DNA of 64,000 nucleotides from an uncultured Gammaproteobacteria bacterium (lineage in GTDB: Bacteria > Patescibacteriota > Patescibacteriia > Buchananbacterales > UBA6539). Shown here piece by piece: positions 18,289-28,054 of the stretch. The position numbers and the translations under genes were made by a program. Numbering within the stretch: position 1 is the first letter of the stretch; each line of letters begins with the position of its first letter. Where the stretch lies: assembly GCA_964540635.1 (NCBI GenBank), contig CAZINP010000002.1:99346-163345 (forward strand). The letters are read 5' to 3'. The notes below the pieces were generated by a model that saw only the letters and a program-made list of their open reading frames with translations, searched no databases and was not told the DNA's origin.

Positions 18289-19437
18289 TTATTTGTACCA
18301 ATCTTTCTTTGGTTGATATGAGGTTAAAAGATTATTTTTCTGCTTGTGTCGCTCAAGCGCCAAATCAATCAATTTTTCAAGTAATTCCGAATAACTTAAA
18401 CGGCTGGCTTCCCACAATTTTGGATACATTGAAATTGAGGTAAACCCGGGCAAAGTATTAACTTCATTGAGATAAATATCTTTATTGTCAATTGAAAGCA
18501 AAAAATCAACGCGCGATAAACCAGAAAGATTTAAAACTTGAAATGCTTTAATAGCATAATCTTGTATCTTCTGAATTACATCCTCCGAAAGTAAGGCCGG
18601 AATTATTGCCTCTGAATTACCATCAATATACTTGGCGTCATAATCGTAAAATTCATTTGACGGCATTATTTGTCCGGGCATAGATGCAATTGGTTGATCG
18701 TTGCCCAAAACAGCAATTTCAATCTCTTTGGGATTATCTATCCCCTGTTCAACCAAAATTTTTCTATCATATCTGCTTGCTTCCATTATCCCATTATAAA
18801 GTTCTTTTTGATCATGACACTTTTCAATTCCAACGCTTGAGCCGGAGTTTGCGGGCTTGGTAAACATCGGATAAGTCAAACGTTTTTCTAAGCGCTCAAT
18901 AATTTTTTCTGAATCAGCCTGAAACTCACTTATTAAAAACCAGTCATAATCAACAACCGGTATAGAGGCTTGAGCTAATAATTGCTTTTGGACAACCTTA
19001 TCCATTCCAATTGCCGAACCCAACACGCCGGAACCGACGTAGGGCAAATTTGCCATCTCTAACAAACCCTGCAAACAACCATCTTCTCCGGTTGTGCCGT
19101 GCAAAACGGGAAAGATAACATCTATTTGATTTGAATTACCAAGGCCCTCAACTGGCCTTAAACTATCCTCACTCAAATTAGTAATTCTTTTTTCCGTTGG
19201 ATCGGGCAATAAGACTGACTTAAATGGCAGCTTTAATGAACCCTCTTTTAAAAATTTTATTGCCTGATCCCCGGCAATCCATTTTCCTTCTTTGGTAATA
19301 CCGATTGGTATTACCTCAAACTTTTCCGGGTTTAAGGCGGCAATAACCGATTGAGCTGAAACTATTGAAACTTCATGCTCCCCTGACCTACCGCCAAAAA
19401 TAATTCCTACTTTAATTTTTTTGCTTATTTTAGCCAT
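18289..19437 (-). CDS. ddl: D-alanine--D-alanine ligase
   Basis: FGGRSGEHEVS, LHGTTGEDG, FYDYDAKY, NEVNTLPGFT. Confidence 0.97.
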   Translation of the reverse strand: MAKISKKIKVGIIFGGRSGEHEVSIVSAQSVIAALNPEKFEVIPIGITKEGKWIAGDQAIKFLKEGSLKLPFKSVLLPDPTEKRITNLSEDSLRPVEGLGNSNQIDVIFPVLHGTTGEDGCLQGLLEMANLPYVGSGVLGSAIGMDKVVQKQLLAQASIPVVDYDWFLISEFQADSEKIIERLEKRLTYPMFTKPANSGSSVGIEKCHDQKELYNGIMEASRYDRKILVEQGIDNPKEIEIAVLGNDQPIASMPGQIMPSNEFYDYDAKYIDGNSEAIIPALLSEDVIQKIQDYAIKAFQVLNLSGLSRVDFLLSIDNKDIYLNEVNTLPGFTSISMYPKLWEASRLSYSELLEKLIDLALERHKQKNNLLTSYQPKKDWYK

Positions 19438-19462
19438 AATTATTTAATTCTTACTAAAACTA

Positions 19463-19491
19463 TTGACTTTATCTATTTTTTATATTATATT
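19463..19491 (+). promoter_or_regulatory. sigma70 promoter for the candidate ncRNA
   Basis: TTGACT-N17-TATATT. Confidence 0.7.
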
Positions 19492-19497
19492 TTAATG

Positions 19498-19738
19498 TTT
19501 GCCAATGGGTGGCGAACATGTCCAGCATTGGAGGGAACAAATGTTCGGACATCTCCCTGCCAACCGCCGGCGCCGCGAAAAGGCCGCGGTCTGCTAGGCG
19601 ACGGCGAGACCCTTACGAGGGCCTCAACCCCAGCTTGAGGGGTCATATCAAGCAGCAGCACATGCGACCGCCCCTTATATGCTCTGGCGGTTGCACACTT
19701 CTTTCGGGGGGCGGGCTTAAGTGACTGCCCCTATTTTT
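19498..19738 (+). ncRNA. Candidate multi-domain structured ncRNA (about 240 nt), family unknown
   Basis: GC-rich island between alr and ddl; many stems; promoter upstream; GGGGCGG/CTGCCCC + T-run terminator. Confidence 0.65.
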
Positions 19739-20852
19739 ATTTAACAACTACTCGTCTAAGCAAAGGGTTTATTTTAGTGATTACTTCGTAATTAATTGTT
19801 TTAATAATATCAGCCAAATGTTCGGCTGTTATTTTTTTACCCAACAACACGGCCTCATCCCCTACACGCGCCGATTTTAAGCCCGAGATATCAACCATCA
19901 TCAAATTCATACAAACTCGCCCTATTACTAGACATTTCTTATTTTTGATTTGAACAAAACTTTTATTCGATAACTTTCTATCATATCCTTCCCAGTAACC
20001 GCAAGACAATACAGCAATTTTGGTTTCCCTTTTTGTCTTAAACGTTCCCCCATAACCAACCAAAGAATTTTTAGGTAAAACTTTAATTTGTATAATTTTC
20101 GTCTTCCAGGTCAACGCCGGTTTTAATTTCATTTTTGGAAATCTTCTCAAGGCAATTTTTTTTGACAAATCTGACGGCCAAAGTCCATACAAACCCAGGC
20201 CCAATCTCACAAAATTAAAATATGAATTTGGAGCAACTAACAAGGCGGCAGAACAAGCAAAGTGCTTTTTGGGAATTTCTATGCCTTCTTTTTCCAAATT
20301 AAATAAAATCTTATTAAAAACAGCCAGTTGTTTTTCGGTAAACTTAGGATTATCTTCAGAAGAAGCAAAGTGGCTATAAAGGCCAACAATTTTTAAATTT
20401 GGCAAACCCCTAACCCTTTTTATAAAACTTATTGCTTCTTTTTCTAGTATACCCATTCGTGAAGTCCCGGTATCAATTTTTATGTGAATTTTTGCTTTTA
20501 TATTCAGCTTTTCAGCATTTTTTGATATCAATACAGCACTTTTAAGGTCATATATAGGAAATTCAATCCCCTGCTTTAAACCTATACTTATAAGTTCATT
20601 TTGAATGTAGCTTAAAACAAAAATTTTATTTTTAATTTTATTTCTTCTAAGTTCCAATGCTTCGCCAAGACTGACAACGCCGATATAATTAGCACTCGGG
20701 CTTATTATCTTTGCGACTTCAATCATGCCGTGACCATAAGCGTTACTCTTAATGATCGGCATAATTTCCACCTTTGAACCAACGATCTTTTTGAACTGCG
20801 CCAAATTATGCAAAATCGCCGATTGAGATATTTCAACCCAAGAATTGTACAT
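19737..20852 (-). CDS. alr: Alanine racemase
   Basis: IKSNAYGHG PLP lysine motif, KIDTGTSRMG, GRVCMN. Confidence 0.96.
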   Translation of the reverse strand: MYNSWVEISQSAILHNLAQFKKIVGSKVEIMPIIKSNAYGHGMIEVAKIISPSANYIGVVSLGEALELRRNKIKNKIFVLSYIQNELISIGLKQGIEFPIYDLKSAVLISKNAEKLNIKAKIHIKIDTGTSRMGILEKEAISFIKRVRGLPNLKIVGLYSHFASSEDNPKFTEKQLAVFNKILFNLEKEGIEIPKKHFACSAALLVAPNSYFNFVRLGLGLYGLWPSDLSKKIALRRFPKMKLKPALTWKTKIIQIKVLPKNSLVGYGGTFKTKRETKIAVLSCGYWEGYDRKLSNKSFVQIKNKKCLVIGRVCMNLMMVDISGLKSARVGDEAVLLGKKITAEHLADIIKTINYEVITKINPLLRRVVVK

Positions 20853-20876
20853 AAGAACCAAGTCTTTCGGTAAAGA

Positions 20877-22127
20877 TTATTTTTTATTTGTAATTTTTTT
20901 GAAACCGCAAAACGGCTGAAGTGCCTTAGGAACGTTTACAGAACCGTCAGCGTTTTGAAACTGTTCCAAAATTGCCGGCACTAAACGACTGGTTGCCAGG
21001 CCGGAAGCGTTAAGAGTATGAACAAATTCATTCTTTCCTGTTTGCGGATTTTTGAATCTGACATTTCCTCTCCTGGCTTGATAATCAATCGCATTACTAA
21101 CACTTGAAACTTCCTTATAACCATTCATGCTTGGAATCCAAACTTCAATGTCAATTGTTTTTGCCATTGCCGCCGAAGCGTCACCGGCCGCCAAGAGAAC
21201 TGACTGAAAATGCAGCCCCAAGCCTTCAACCAATTTTTCCGCATTTTTTGTTAATTCATCGAAGGCATCCCATGATTTATCCGGTGTGGTGTACTGAAAC
21301 ATTTCAATTTTATTAAACTGGTGGCCGCGAATCATCCCCCGCTCTTCTTTGCGATAACTTCCGGCTTCTCGGCGAAAGCAAGCGGAATAAGCCGCGTATT
21401 TATAAGGAAGCTCTTCGACTGGCAGAATTTCATCGCGGTGATAATTACCAAGCATCATCTCGGAAGTGGCGTTTAAACATGTTTTTTCCTGCGTCCAAAA
21501 CAAATCATCACGAAACTTTGGCAAATGGCCGGAAGTATAGGCTGATTGTTCCGTTAACAAAAAAGGCGGGATCATAAAAGTATAACCGTTTTTTTGATGA
21601 AATTTTATGAAATAGGAAAGCAAGGCCCATTCTAAAATTGCACCTGCGCCTTTATAAATCCAAAAACCGGTCCCGGCAATTTTAGCCGCTCTTTCATAAT
21701 CGATAATATCCAAAGAAACAGCCAAGTCATAGTGATCTTTTGGCTCAAACTTAAAATTGATTTTTTTGCCGGAGGTTCTGATTACTTTGTTATTTTCTTT
21801 CCCGCCCGGCAAAACATCGTCAGCCGGTATATTGGGCAGGGCCGATATTTTCTCCTTCAAACTTTCTTCGGTCAACCTTATCTGTTCATCCAATTCTTTA
21901 ATTTCATCGCCAAGTAAGCGCATTTTTTCAATAATTTCTTTATCAGGCTTGGTTTTTGAGTATTTATTACGTTCTGCCTTTTTTGCCTCAACATCCTGCA
22001 AAAGCCCCTTTCTTTTGTCATCAATTTCTAAAATCTCATTAAAATTTATATCCTTCGGGTCCATGCGCTTTGATAGCGCTTTTTTTATACCTTCTTGATC
22101 TTGTCTTATTTTATTAATGTCTAACAT
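20877..22127 (-). CDS. serS: Serine--tRNA ligase
   Basis: MLDIN start, ATSE, FRREAGS, HQFNKIE, LNASGLA. Confidence 0.97.
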   Translation of the reverse strand: MLDINKIRQDQEGIKKALSKRMDPKDINFNEILEIDDKRKGLLQDVEAKKAERNKYSKTKPDKEIIEKMRLLGDEIKELDEQIRLTEESLKEKISALPNIPADDVLPGGKENNKVIRTSGKKINFKFEPKDHYDLAVSLDIIDYERAAKIAGTGFWIYKGAGAILEWALLSYFIKFHQKNGYTFMIPPFLLTEQSAYTSGHLPKFRDDLFWTQEKTCLNATSEMMLGNYHRDEILPVEELPYKYAAYSACFRREAGSYRKEERGMIRGHQFNKIEMFQYTTPDKSWDAFDELTKNAEKLVEGLGLHFQSVLLAAGDASAAMAKTIDIEVWIPSMNGYKEVSSVSNAIDYQARRGNVRFKNPQTGKNEFVHTLNASGLATSRLVPAILEQFQNADGSVNVPKALQPFCGFKKITNKK

Positions 22128-22144
22128 ATAATGATATTAATTTC

Positions 22145-22792
22145 TTATTGTTCAATTATTTTTGTGCTTAAAATTTTTATCGGCTTCACTGGTTTTGACA
22201 TTTCGCCCGACTGGCTTAAAGTGACAGGAGAATTTGCAATTTTATCTAAAACCTCCAAACCTTTGGTGACTTGACCAAAAATTACATAGTTTTTGGGCAA
22301 AGGATAATCCTGGTGCATAATAAAAAACTGAGAACCGTTTGTATTTGGACCGGCGTTAGCCATTGCAACTGCCCCACGAACATACTCACCACTAAAATCT
22401 TCGTCGTCAAAAGAATAGCCCGGACCGCCGGTTCCATCTCCCTTTGGATCACCGCCTTGAATCATAAAATCTTTTATAACACGATGAAAAATTGTATTAT
22501 CGTAAAAACCCTTTTTAGCTAACCACAAAAAATTATTAGTCGTAATGGGGGTATCTTTAGTGTTCAAAGATATCTCCATATCCCCTTCTTCGGTTTGGAG
22601 AATTACTGAATATGACTTACTTTGATCAATGATATTTTCTGGCATATTTGCTTGTTTTTTAACCACCTGAGTGGCAGTAGTATTTGAATTAGAATTTTGT
22701 GTTTGATTGGTTATTTTTTCGCTTTTATCCAATGAACACCCAAAAAGGATAATCGCCAAGGAACAAACCAAAATAGAAGTCTTTATTTTCAT
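22145..22792 (-). CDS. Cyclophilin-type peptidyl-prolyl isomerase, lipoprotein
   Basis: Lipobox LFGC; FHRVIKDFMIQGGDP, MANAGPNTNGSQFFI. Confidence 0.95.
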   Translation of the reverse strand: MKIKTSILVCSLAIILFGCSLDKSEKITNQTQNSNSNTTATQVVKKQANMPENIIDQSKSYSVILQTEEGDMEISLNTKDTPITTNNFLWLAKKGFYDNTIFHRVIKDFMIQGGDPKGDGTGGPGYSFDDEDFSGEYVRGAVAMANAGPNTNGSQFFIMHQDYPLPKNYVIFGQVTKGLEVLDKIANSPVTLSQSGEMSKPVKPIKILSTKIIEQ

Positions 22793-23193
22793 GATTTGTG
22801 ATTTATTATTGATGATTTATAAATTTTTGGATAATACGGCTTTAAACGAATTACTTTAATTACCGGATATTCATTTTTAAGATTATCCGCAAAACCAGCC
22901 TGATCATAACCCAAACAAATTATTTTAGGTTTATGTTTTTCGATAATTGCGTATGGATTCTTGGACTGACCCAATAAGACTGTTACGGAATCAATATTTT
23001 TAAATAATTTTTTTACCGCCCGCAATCTTTCTTTTTCTGAGTATTTCGGCAAATGTCCCTTGATCGAGATAACATTTTTATCGCGGGCAATTACAATAAT
23101 TAAATCGCTGCCATAACTTTTTGCTTGTTTAAAAAAATTTAAATGCCCCGGGTGCAAACCGTCAAATGTGCCAAAAACCATTACCCGAGACAT
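22789..23193 (-). CDS. Cytidylyltransferase-family protein (archaeal-type FAD synthase RibL-like)
   Basis: FGTFDGLHPGH, ARD, LGYDQ, YKSS motifs. Confidence 0.8.
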   Translation of the reverse strand: MSRVMVFGTFDGLHPGHLNFFKQAKSYGSDLIIVIARDKNVISIKGHLPKYSEKERLRAVKKLFKNIDSVTVLLGQSKNPYAIIEKHKPKIICLGYDQAGFADNLKNEYPVIKVIRLKPYYPKIYKSSIINHKS

Positions 23194-23196
23194 ACT

Positions 23197-23616
23197 CTAT
23201 TCTCGTTCAAAAAATTTTTTTACTTTATTCGAATCAAGGGCGTAAAGTATAATCAGCGTCAGCAAGGCGGTAAAAATGGCTGGGATATAAAGACCAATAC
23301 CCACCGCCAGGCCAATACCGGCAACCATAAAGATTGTAGCGGCCGTTGTAATACCTTGAGTTTCGTTTTTGTCGCGACCATGAATTATCACACCGGTACC
23401 GAGCAATCCAATCGGAGTTAATATGCCGGCCACAAGCCTTGAGGGGTCAGAAACAAAAGAAAGAGAAACGATCATTACCATAGTTGTTCCCAAACCGATT
23501 AATATTATCGTGCGCAAACCTGCCGGACGATGTCTGGCCTCACGTTCAAAACCAATTAGCCCGGAGAGAACAACTGACAGCACTAAACGAAAAATAATTT
23601 GCAAAAGAGTTATCAT
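23197..23616 (-). CDS. MgtC/SapB family membrane protein
   Basis: IGFERE...PAGLRT, GITTAATI motifs; start placed at ATG 23616. Confidence 0.9.
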   Translation of the reverse strand: MITLLQIIFRLVLSVVLSGLIGFEREARHRPAGLRTIILIGLGTTMVMIVSLSFVSDPSRLVAGILTPIGLLGTGVIIHGRDKNETQGITTAATIFMVAGIGLAVGIGLYIPAIFTALLTLIILYALDSNKVKKFFERE

Positions 23617-23620
23617 TTTT

Positions 23621-25147
23621 TTACTTTTTCTTTTTGTTAACCTTGGGCTTTTTTTCTTTTTCTTCAACTTCGAGTGGACGAAGTAAGGGAAAAAGGATTG
23701 TATCGCGCAAATTATCTTGTTGGGTTATAAGGGTAATAAATCTATCTATACCCATGCCCCAACCTGAAATTGGCGGCGCACCGTGCTCAAGCGCTTTAAT
23801 ATATTCATCGTCCTTGCCGTGCGCTTCGGCATCACCCTGAGACTTAGCCATTGATTGTTTCTCAAACCTTTCTTTTTGATCAATTGGATCAACAAGTTCA
23901 GAATAAGCATTTAAAATCTCCCAAGTATTAATAACGAGCTGAAAACGATCAACAACATTTGGATTTTGATCATTTTTTCTGGCCAAAGGAGATAAATCTA
24001 GCGGGTGTTTAATAAGAAAAGTAGGTTGAATGATTTTATCCCGAGAAACGGTTTTATATAAAGCATCAATTAAATTACCGCGACCCAGACTTTCAATATC
24101 ATCAATTTTAATTTTCTTGGATTTAATTTCTTTTTTTAAATCCTCAGCTGTTTTAAAATTATCAATATCAATACCGCAATCTCGCTTGATTAATTCCGCA
24201 AAACTGAATTTTGGCCAAGGTAACTTAAAATCAATTTCAACCGGATTACCCTGTCTATCATTAATTTTGAATTTAAGTTTACCAAAAATATCTTGCAAAA
24301 TTGTGGTGATCATCTCTTCAGTGAATTTCATATTATCCTCGTAATTCCAATAGGCCGCATAATGCTCACACATCGTAAAATCTTGTACGTGAGAAGGGTC
24401 CATTCCTTCATTCCTAAAACAACGGGCAATCTCAAAAATTTTCTCGAATCCGCCAATAACGGCTTCTTTTAAATAAACTTCAGGAGCAATTCTGAGATAG
24501 ACATCAATATCCAAAGCATTATGGTGAGTAATAAAAGGCTTGGCCAAAGCGCCAGACGCCGCATTTACCAAAACCGGCGTTTCAACTTCAATAAATCCTT
24601 TTGACCAATAAAATTCTCTTAAAGCTTTAATAAGCTTCGAACGCAAGACAAAACGGTTATATGTCTCCGGATTTGAAATCAAATCCAAATATCTCTGACG
24701 ATAGCAACTCTCCTGGTCCTGAAGACCATGCCACTTTTCCGGCAAAGGCCTGAGAGTTTTAGAAAGTAAAGTATAACTTTTTACCAGGACGGAGATCTCA
24801 CCCTTCTGAGTGGTAAAAATTTCACCCTCAAGACCAATGAAATCGGCGGGATCAAATATTTTAGAAAATTCTTTAAATTTTTCTTTGCCCAAAACGTCTT
24901 CTTTCAAAACTATCTGAATTTTTCCAGTTGAATCAAGAACGTGGCAAAAACAAATCTTACCCATTTCTCGCAAAGTTAATAAGCGGCCGGCGATTCTGAC
25001 AGTCTTGCCCGCCTCAAAACCAATTGCCTGAATAATGTCGGTTTTTTCGTCAAACTTTTCGGGGTAAGGATTAATCCCCTCTTTTCTTAATTTTTGAAGT
25101 TTTTCCAGACGAATTTTATATTCATCATTTATAGGTAATTTTTGCAT
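23621..25147 (-). CDS. lysS: Lysine--tRNA ligase (class II)
   Basis: YRQRYLDL, LRIAPE, FRNEG, GWGMGIDR. Confidence 0.97.
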   Translation of the reverse strand: MQKLPINDEYKIRLEKLQKLRKEGINPYPEKFDEKTDIIQAIGFEAGKTVRIAGRLLTLREMGKICFCHVLDSTGKIQIVLKEDVLGKEKFKEFSKIFDPADFIGLEGEIFTTQKGEISVLVKSYTLLSKTLRPLPEKWHGLQDQESCYRQRYLDLISNPETYNRFVLRSKLIKALREFYWSKGFIEVETPVLVNAASGALAKPFITHHNALDIDVYLRIAPEVYLKEAVIGGFEKIFEIARCFRNEGMDPSHVQDFTMCEHYAAYWNYEDNMKFTEEMITTILQDIFGKLKFKINDRQGNPVEIDFKLPWPKFSFAELIKRDCGIDIDNFKTAEDLKKEIKSKKIKIDDIESLGRGNLIDALYKTVSRDKIIQPTFLIKHPLDLSPLARKNDQNPNVVDRFQLVINTWEILNAYSELVDPIDQKERFEKQSMAKSQGDAEAHGKDDEYIKALEHGAPPISGWGMGIDRFITLITQQDNLRDTILFPLLRPLEVEEKEKKPKVNKKKK

Positions 25148-25258
25148 ATTTGTGTATTAATTATATCATATATTTTAACCAAAATATCACAAAAAGTCAA
25201 AGTAAATAAAATAAGCCGGAACTTAACATTCCGACTCATTTTAAAATAAAATATTGAT

Positions 25259-25717
25259 CTAAATTATCTCAAGTATTTCACAATCCATTTCACCGCGCGG
25301 CACAACCACCTTAACCTTCTCGCCCGCCTTTCGGCCCAAAAAAGCTCGGCCCAACGGAGATTCGTTTGAAATTAAGCCCTTTAGCGGATCAGCTTCATTT
25401 GAGCCAACAATGGTGTATTCAACGTCTTTTTTAAGGCAACGAATCTTAATCTTACTGCCGACAGAAACAACCGTCTTTTTGCCGCCCTCTTCTATAATTT
25501 CTGATTTATTAATTAAATTTTCCAACTCGGCAATTCTACCAGCAATAAAACCTTGTTCGTCCTTGGCATCTTGATACTCGGCATTTTCGGAAAGATCGCC
25601 CAATTCTTTTGCTCTTGCAATTCGCTCAATCACCTCCGGCATTTTTATTTTTTTCAAATATTCAAATTCTTCCTGAAGTTTTTGCAATCCCTGTTTTGTC
25701 AAATAATTTGTTCCCAT
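25259..25717 (-). CDS. greA: Transcription elongation factor GreA
   Basis: GDLSENAEY, ISNESPLGRAFLG. Confidence 0.97.
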   Translation of the reverse strand: MGTNYLTKQGLQKLQEEFEYLKKIKMPEVIERIARAKELGDLSENAEYQDAKDEQGFIAGRIAELENLINKSEIIEEGGKKTVVSVGSKIKIRCLKKDVEYTIVGSNEADPLKGLISNESPLGRAFLGRKAGEKVKVVVPRGEMDCEILEII

Positions 25718-25786
25718 AGTTTTATTTTCAGCTTACAAAAAAATACAGTCGCCTAAGCTGTAATTAGTTTAAAATATACTTAAAGT

Positions 25787-25815
25787 ATTATAAATAATCA
25801 AAAAAATAATGTCAA
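25787..25815 (-). promoter_or_regulatory. Consensus sigma70 promoter of greA
   Basis: TTGACA-N17-TATAAT, exact consensus. Confidence 0.85.
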
Positions 25816-25825
25816 CAATGTTGAC

Positions 25826-26012
25826 AAAAAATAGGCAGAGACAATACCTTACCCCCTCAAGGAGAAACTCGCGACAGCTGAGTTGGTAATAGTGCCGGAG
25901 CTTTGCCGTTGAAACATCGCTTATTCGTGCAAGACAGGCGGAAGATTTGGCCACCAAACGATATAAGCGACACGACGCAATTGCCTCTGCGAAATCGGTC
26001 AAAATAATGTGC
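25826..26012 (-). ncRNA. Candidate structured ncRNA (about 185 nt), family unknown
   Basis: Closing stem GCAGAGGCAAU/AUUGUCUCUGC, internal stems, 3' U-run, own promoter. Confidence 0.65.
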
Positions 26013-26018
26013 GTACAT

Positions 26019-26047
26019 ATAATAACCTTTATTCAAGAAGATGTCAA
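26019..26047 (-). promoter_or_regulatory. sigma70 promoter for the candidate ncRNA
   Basis: TTGACA-N17-TATTAT. Confidence 0.75.
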
Positions 26048-26059
26048 GCCAAAACTAAC

Positions 26060-28054
26060 TTAATTTTCAACCTTCGGCGTTGAAGTTGACTGGGGATTAT
26101 CCTTATTCGCCCACCAACCAAGTATTTCCCTTGCCACCGGCGTGGCGACGCTGCTTCCTTCGCCACCCTCTTCAACCAAAACCGTTACTACAATTTCGGG
26201 ATTTTCAAAAGGCGCGTAAGCAGTAACCCAAGCCTGCGGCAATTTTTTGGTTGACCACTGCGCCGTACCGGTCTTAGCCGCAACAGCAATAGGCAATGAC
26301 CCCAAACTTCGGCCGCTGCCGGTTAAAACCGTTTCACGCAAACCTTTTTTTATAATATTAATATTTTTCTGACTTAAAAAATCTTGGCTTATTATTTCCG
26401 GCTTTGTTTCACTTATTAATTCATTTTGCGAATCCAGGATAGACTTAACGATATGAGGTTTAAAAATTTTTCCGTCATTAGCAATCGCAGATGTCCATAG
26501 CGCTACTTGCAGTGGCGTGACCAACACATCACCCTGACCAATGGCAAAGTGATAAGTATCACCTATGTACCATTGTTCATTTTTTGTCTCTTCTTTCCAT
26601 TTGGGCGTTGGCAAAAAACCAGTTGCTTCGTTTGGCAAATCAATCCCCGTCTTTTTGCCTAAACCGAATTTTTCACCGTAAGCTTCTATCCTTTCCGGCC
26701 CCAAACCAACAAAATCTTGATACCCACCGCCAACAATATAAAAAAATGTATTTACAGATTCAGCCAAGGCTTTGGTGACATTTGTCCAGCCGTGTCCACC
26801 CGCTTTCCAGTCCGGAAAAAACCACGTTTTATTAAAATAAATACCCCCAGTACTCATAAAACCCGTATTCTCTGTAACTATCTTTTCCTCTAAAGCGGCC
26901 GAGGCAACAACGATCTTAAAGGTTGAACCGGGCGGATACTCGCCGCTTATAGAACGATTAAATAGGGGTAAATTTGGATCGTTAATCAACTCTTGAAATT
27001 TATCTTGCGATAAACCTCGTACAAAATCATTATTATTAAAGGCCGGCCAGCTCACGAGGGCTAAAATCTCGCCATTATTCGGATCAATGGCAATCACCGA
27101 ACCTTTCTTTTTTCCGGTTGACCCCAAAGCTTTTTTAAGGCTAGTTTCTGCAACTTTTTGAAGACGGCTATCAATGCTTAACAATAAATTATTTCCGGAA
27201 ATTGGTTTTTGCGAGGCTAAAATTTCTTTAGCCTTTCCGGTTGCCTCCACTTCAACCTGCTCAATACCATTAACACCCTTAAGCTCTTTTTCATAAGTAA
27301 ATTCTAAGCCAGACTTACCAATCTTGTCATCATATAAATAACCATCTTTTAGGTATTCCTGAAGCTTACCGTCCTCTATTTTTCCTTGGTACCCCAAGAT
27401 ATGCGAAAAACTTTGGGTTGTAGATGAAAGCAAATAATGTCGAGTGCTATCAATTCTTAAAGTTAAACCATTATATTTTGAACTTAAAATCCTGGCCAAA
27501 ACCGCCTGATCTGGTGTCAAATCATCAACAACCGTTATTGGTTGATAGGAATAAAGAGGTTTTTCCGGAAAAAGCAAGGTCTCTGTTTCCTCAGCTGGTT
27601 TATTGGTTATATTCTGAATGTCTACAATTAAACTTTTTCTAACTTCAGGATCTTTCGGCAAGTCAACCGGTATTGCCGCCAGAGAAAAGCCGGGAGAATT
27701 CTCGACAAGCTGAACCATATTTCTATCATAAATTATTCCCCTTGTGGCTTTGGTGTCTCTTAGCCTGATTCTATTGCCTTCGGCCAGGGCCCGATAATGC
27801 TCTCCCTGATAAAGCTGCAAAAAGGCGGTTCGGCCAGCCAATAATAAAATGCCGCAAAGAATCAAAACTAAAAAAATATTAATCTTTGTGGCGTCAAGAA
27901 ACAAATTCAAAGTATTACCAGCGATAGAATCATTTTTTGAGGCAGAAAAATTTTCAAACTCAAAGGACCGGTTTTTATTCCGGGGTTTTATAAAATAATT
28001 TTTTTTACCCGGGCTGATAATGCCAAACGGGTCAATACTGGCGTCTCTTCTCAT
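26060..28054 (-). CDS. mrdA: Penicillin-binding protein 2
   Basis: YPPGSTFK (SxxK), SVN (SxN), KTGTAQ; follows mreBCD. Confidence 0.95.
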   Translation of the reverse strand: MRRDASIDPFGIISPGKKNYFIKPRNKNRSFEFENFSASKNDSIAGNTLNLFLDATKINIFLVLILCGILLLAGRTAFLQLYQGEHYRALAEGNRIRLRDTKATRGIIYDRNMVQLVENSPGFSLAAIPVDLPKDPEVRKSLIVDIQNITNKPAEETETLLFPEKPLYSYQPITVVDDLTPDQAVLARILSSKYNGLTLRIDSTRHYLLSSTTQSFSHILGYQGKIEDGKLQEYLKDGYLYDDKIGKSGLEFTYEKELKGVNGIEQVEVEATGKAKEILASQKPISGNNLLLSIDSRLQKVAETSLKKALGSTGKKKGSVIAIDPNNGEILALVSWPAFNNNDFVRGLSQDKFQELINDPNLPLFNRSISGEYPPGSTFKIVVASAALEEKIVTENTGFMSTGGIYFNKTWFFPDWKAGGHGWTNVTKALAESVNTFFYIVGGGYQDFVGLGPERIEAYGEKFGLGKKTGIDLPNEATGFLPTPKWKEETKNEQWYIGDTYHFAIGQGDVLVTPLQVALWTSAIANDGKIFKPHIVKSILDSQNELISETKPEIISQDFLSQKNINIIKKGLRETVLTGSGRSLGSLPIAVAAKTGTAQWSTKKLPQAWVTAYAPFENPEIVVTVLVEEGGEGSSVATPVAREILGWWANKDNPQSTSTPKVEN

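Noticed and set aside
19509-19724. 71-aa ORF in the GC-rich island
   Set aside because: GTG start, composition unlike the genome's proteins, and the region is better explained by RNA stems; not formally excluded.
19640-19738. SRP RNA or group II intron domain V/VI reading of the ncRNA
   Set aside because: AGCAG is present but there is no CAGG-stem-GNRA helix 8. The AUGCG...UGCAC and GGGGGG...CCCCUA resemblance lacks the paired lower DV stem, and no RT gene is nearby.
25769-26002. 77-aa ORF, or a lysine riboswitch/T-box upstream of greA-lysS
   Set aside because: The ORF runs across the greA promoter and looks non-coding. No T-box UGGnACC motif or five-way lysine aptamer pattern is present, and greA has its own promoter.
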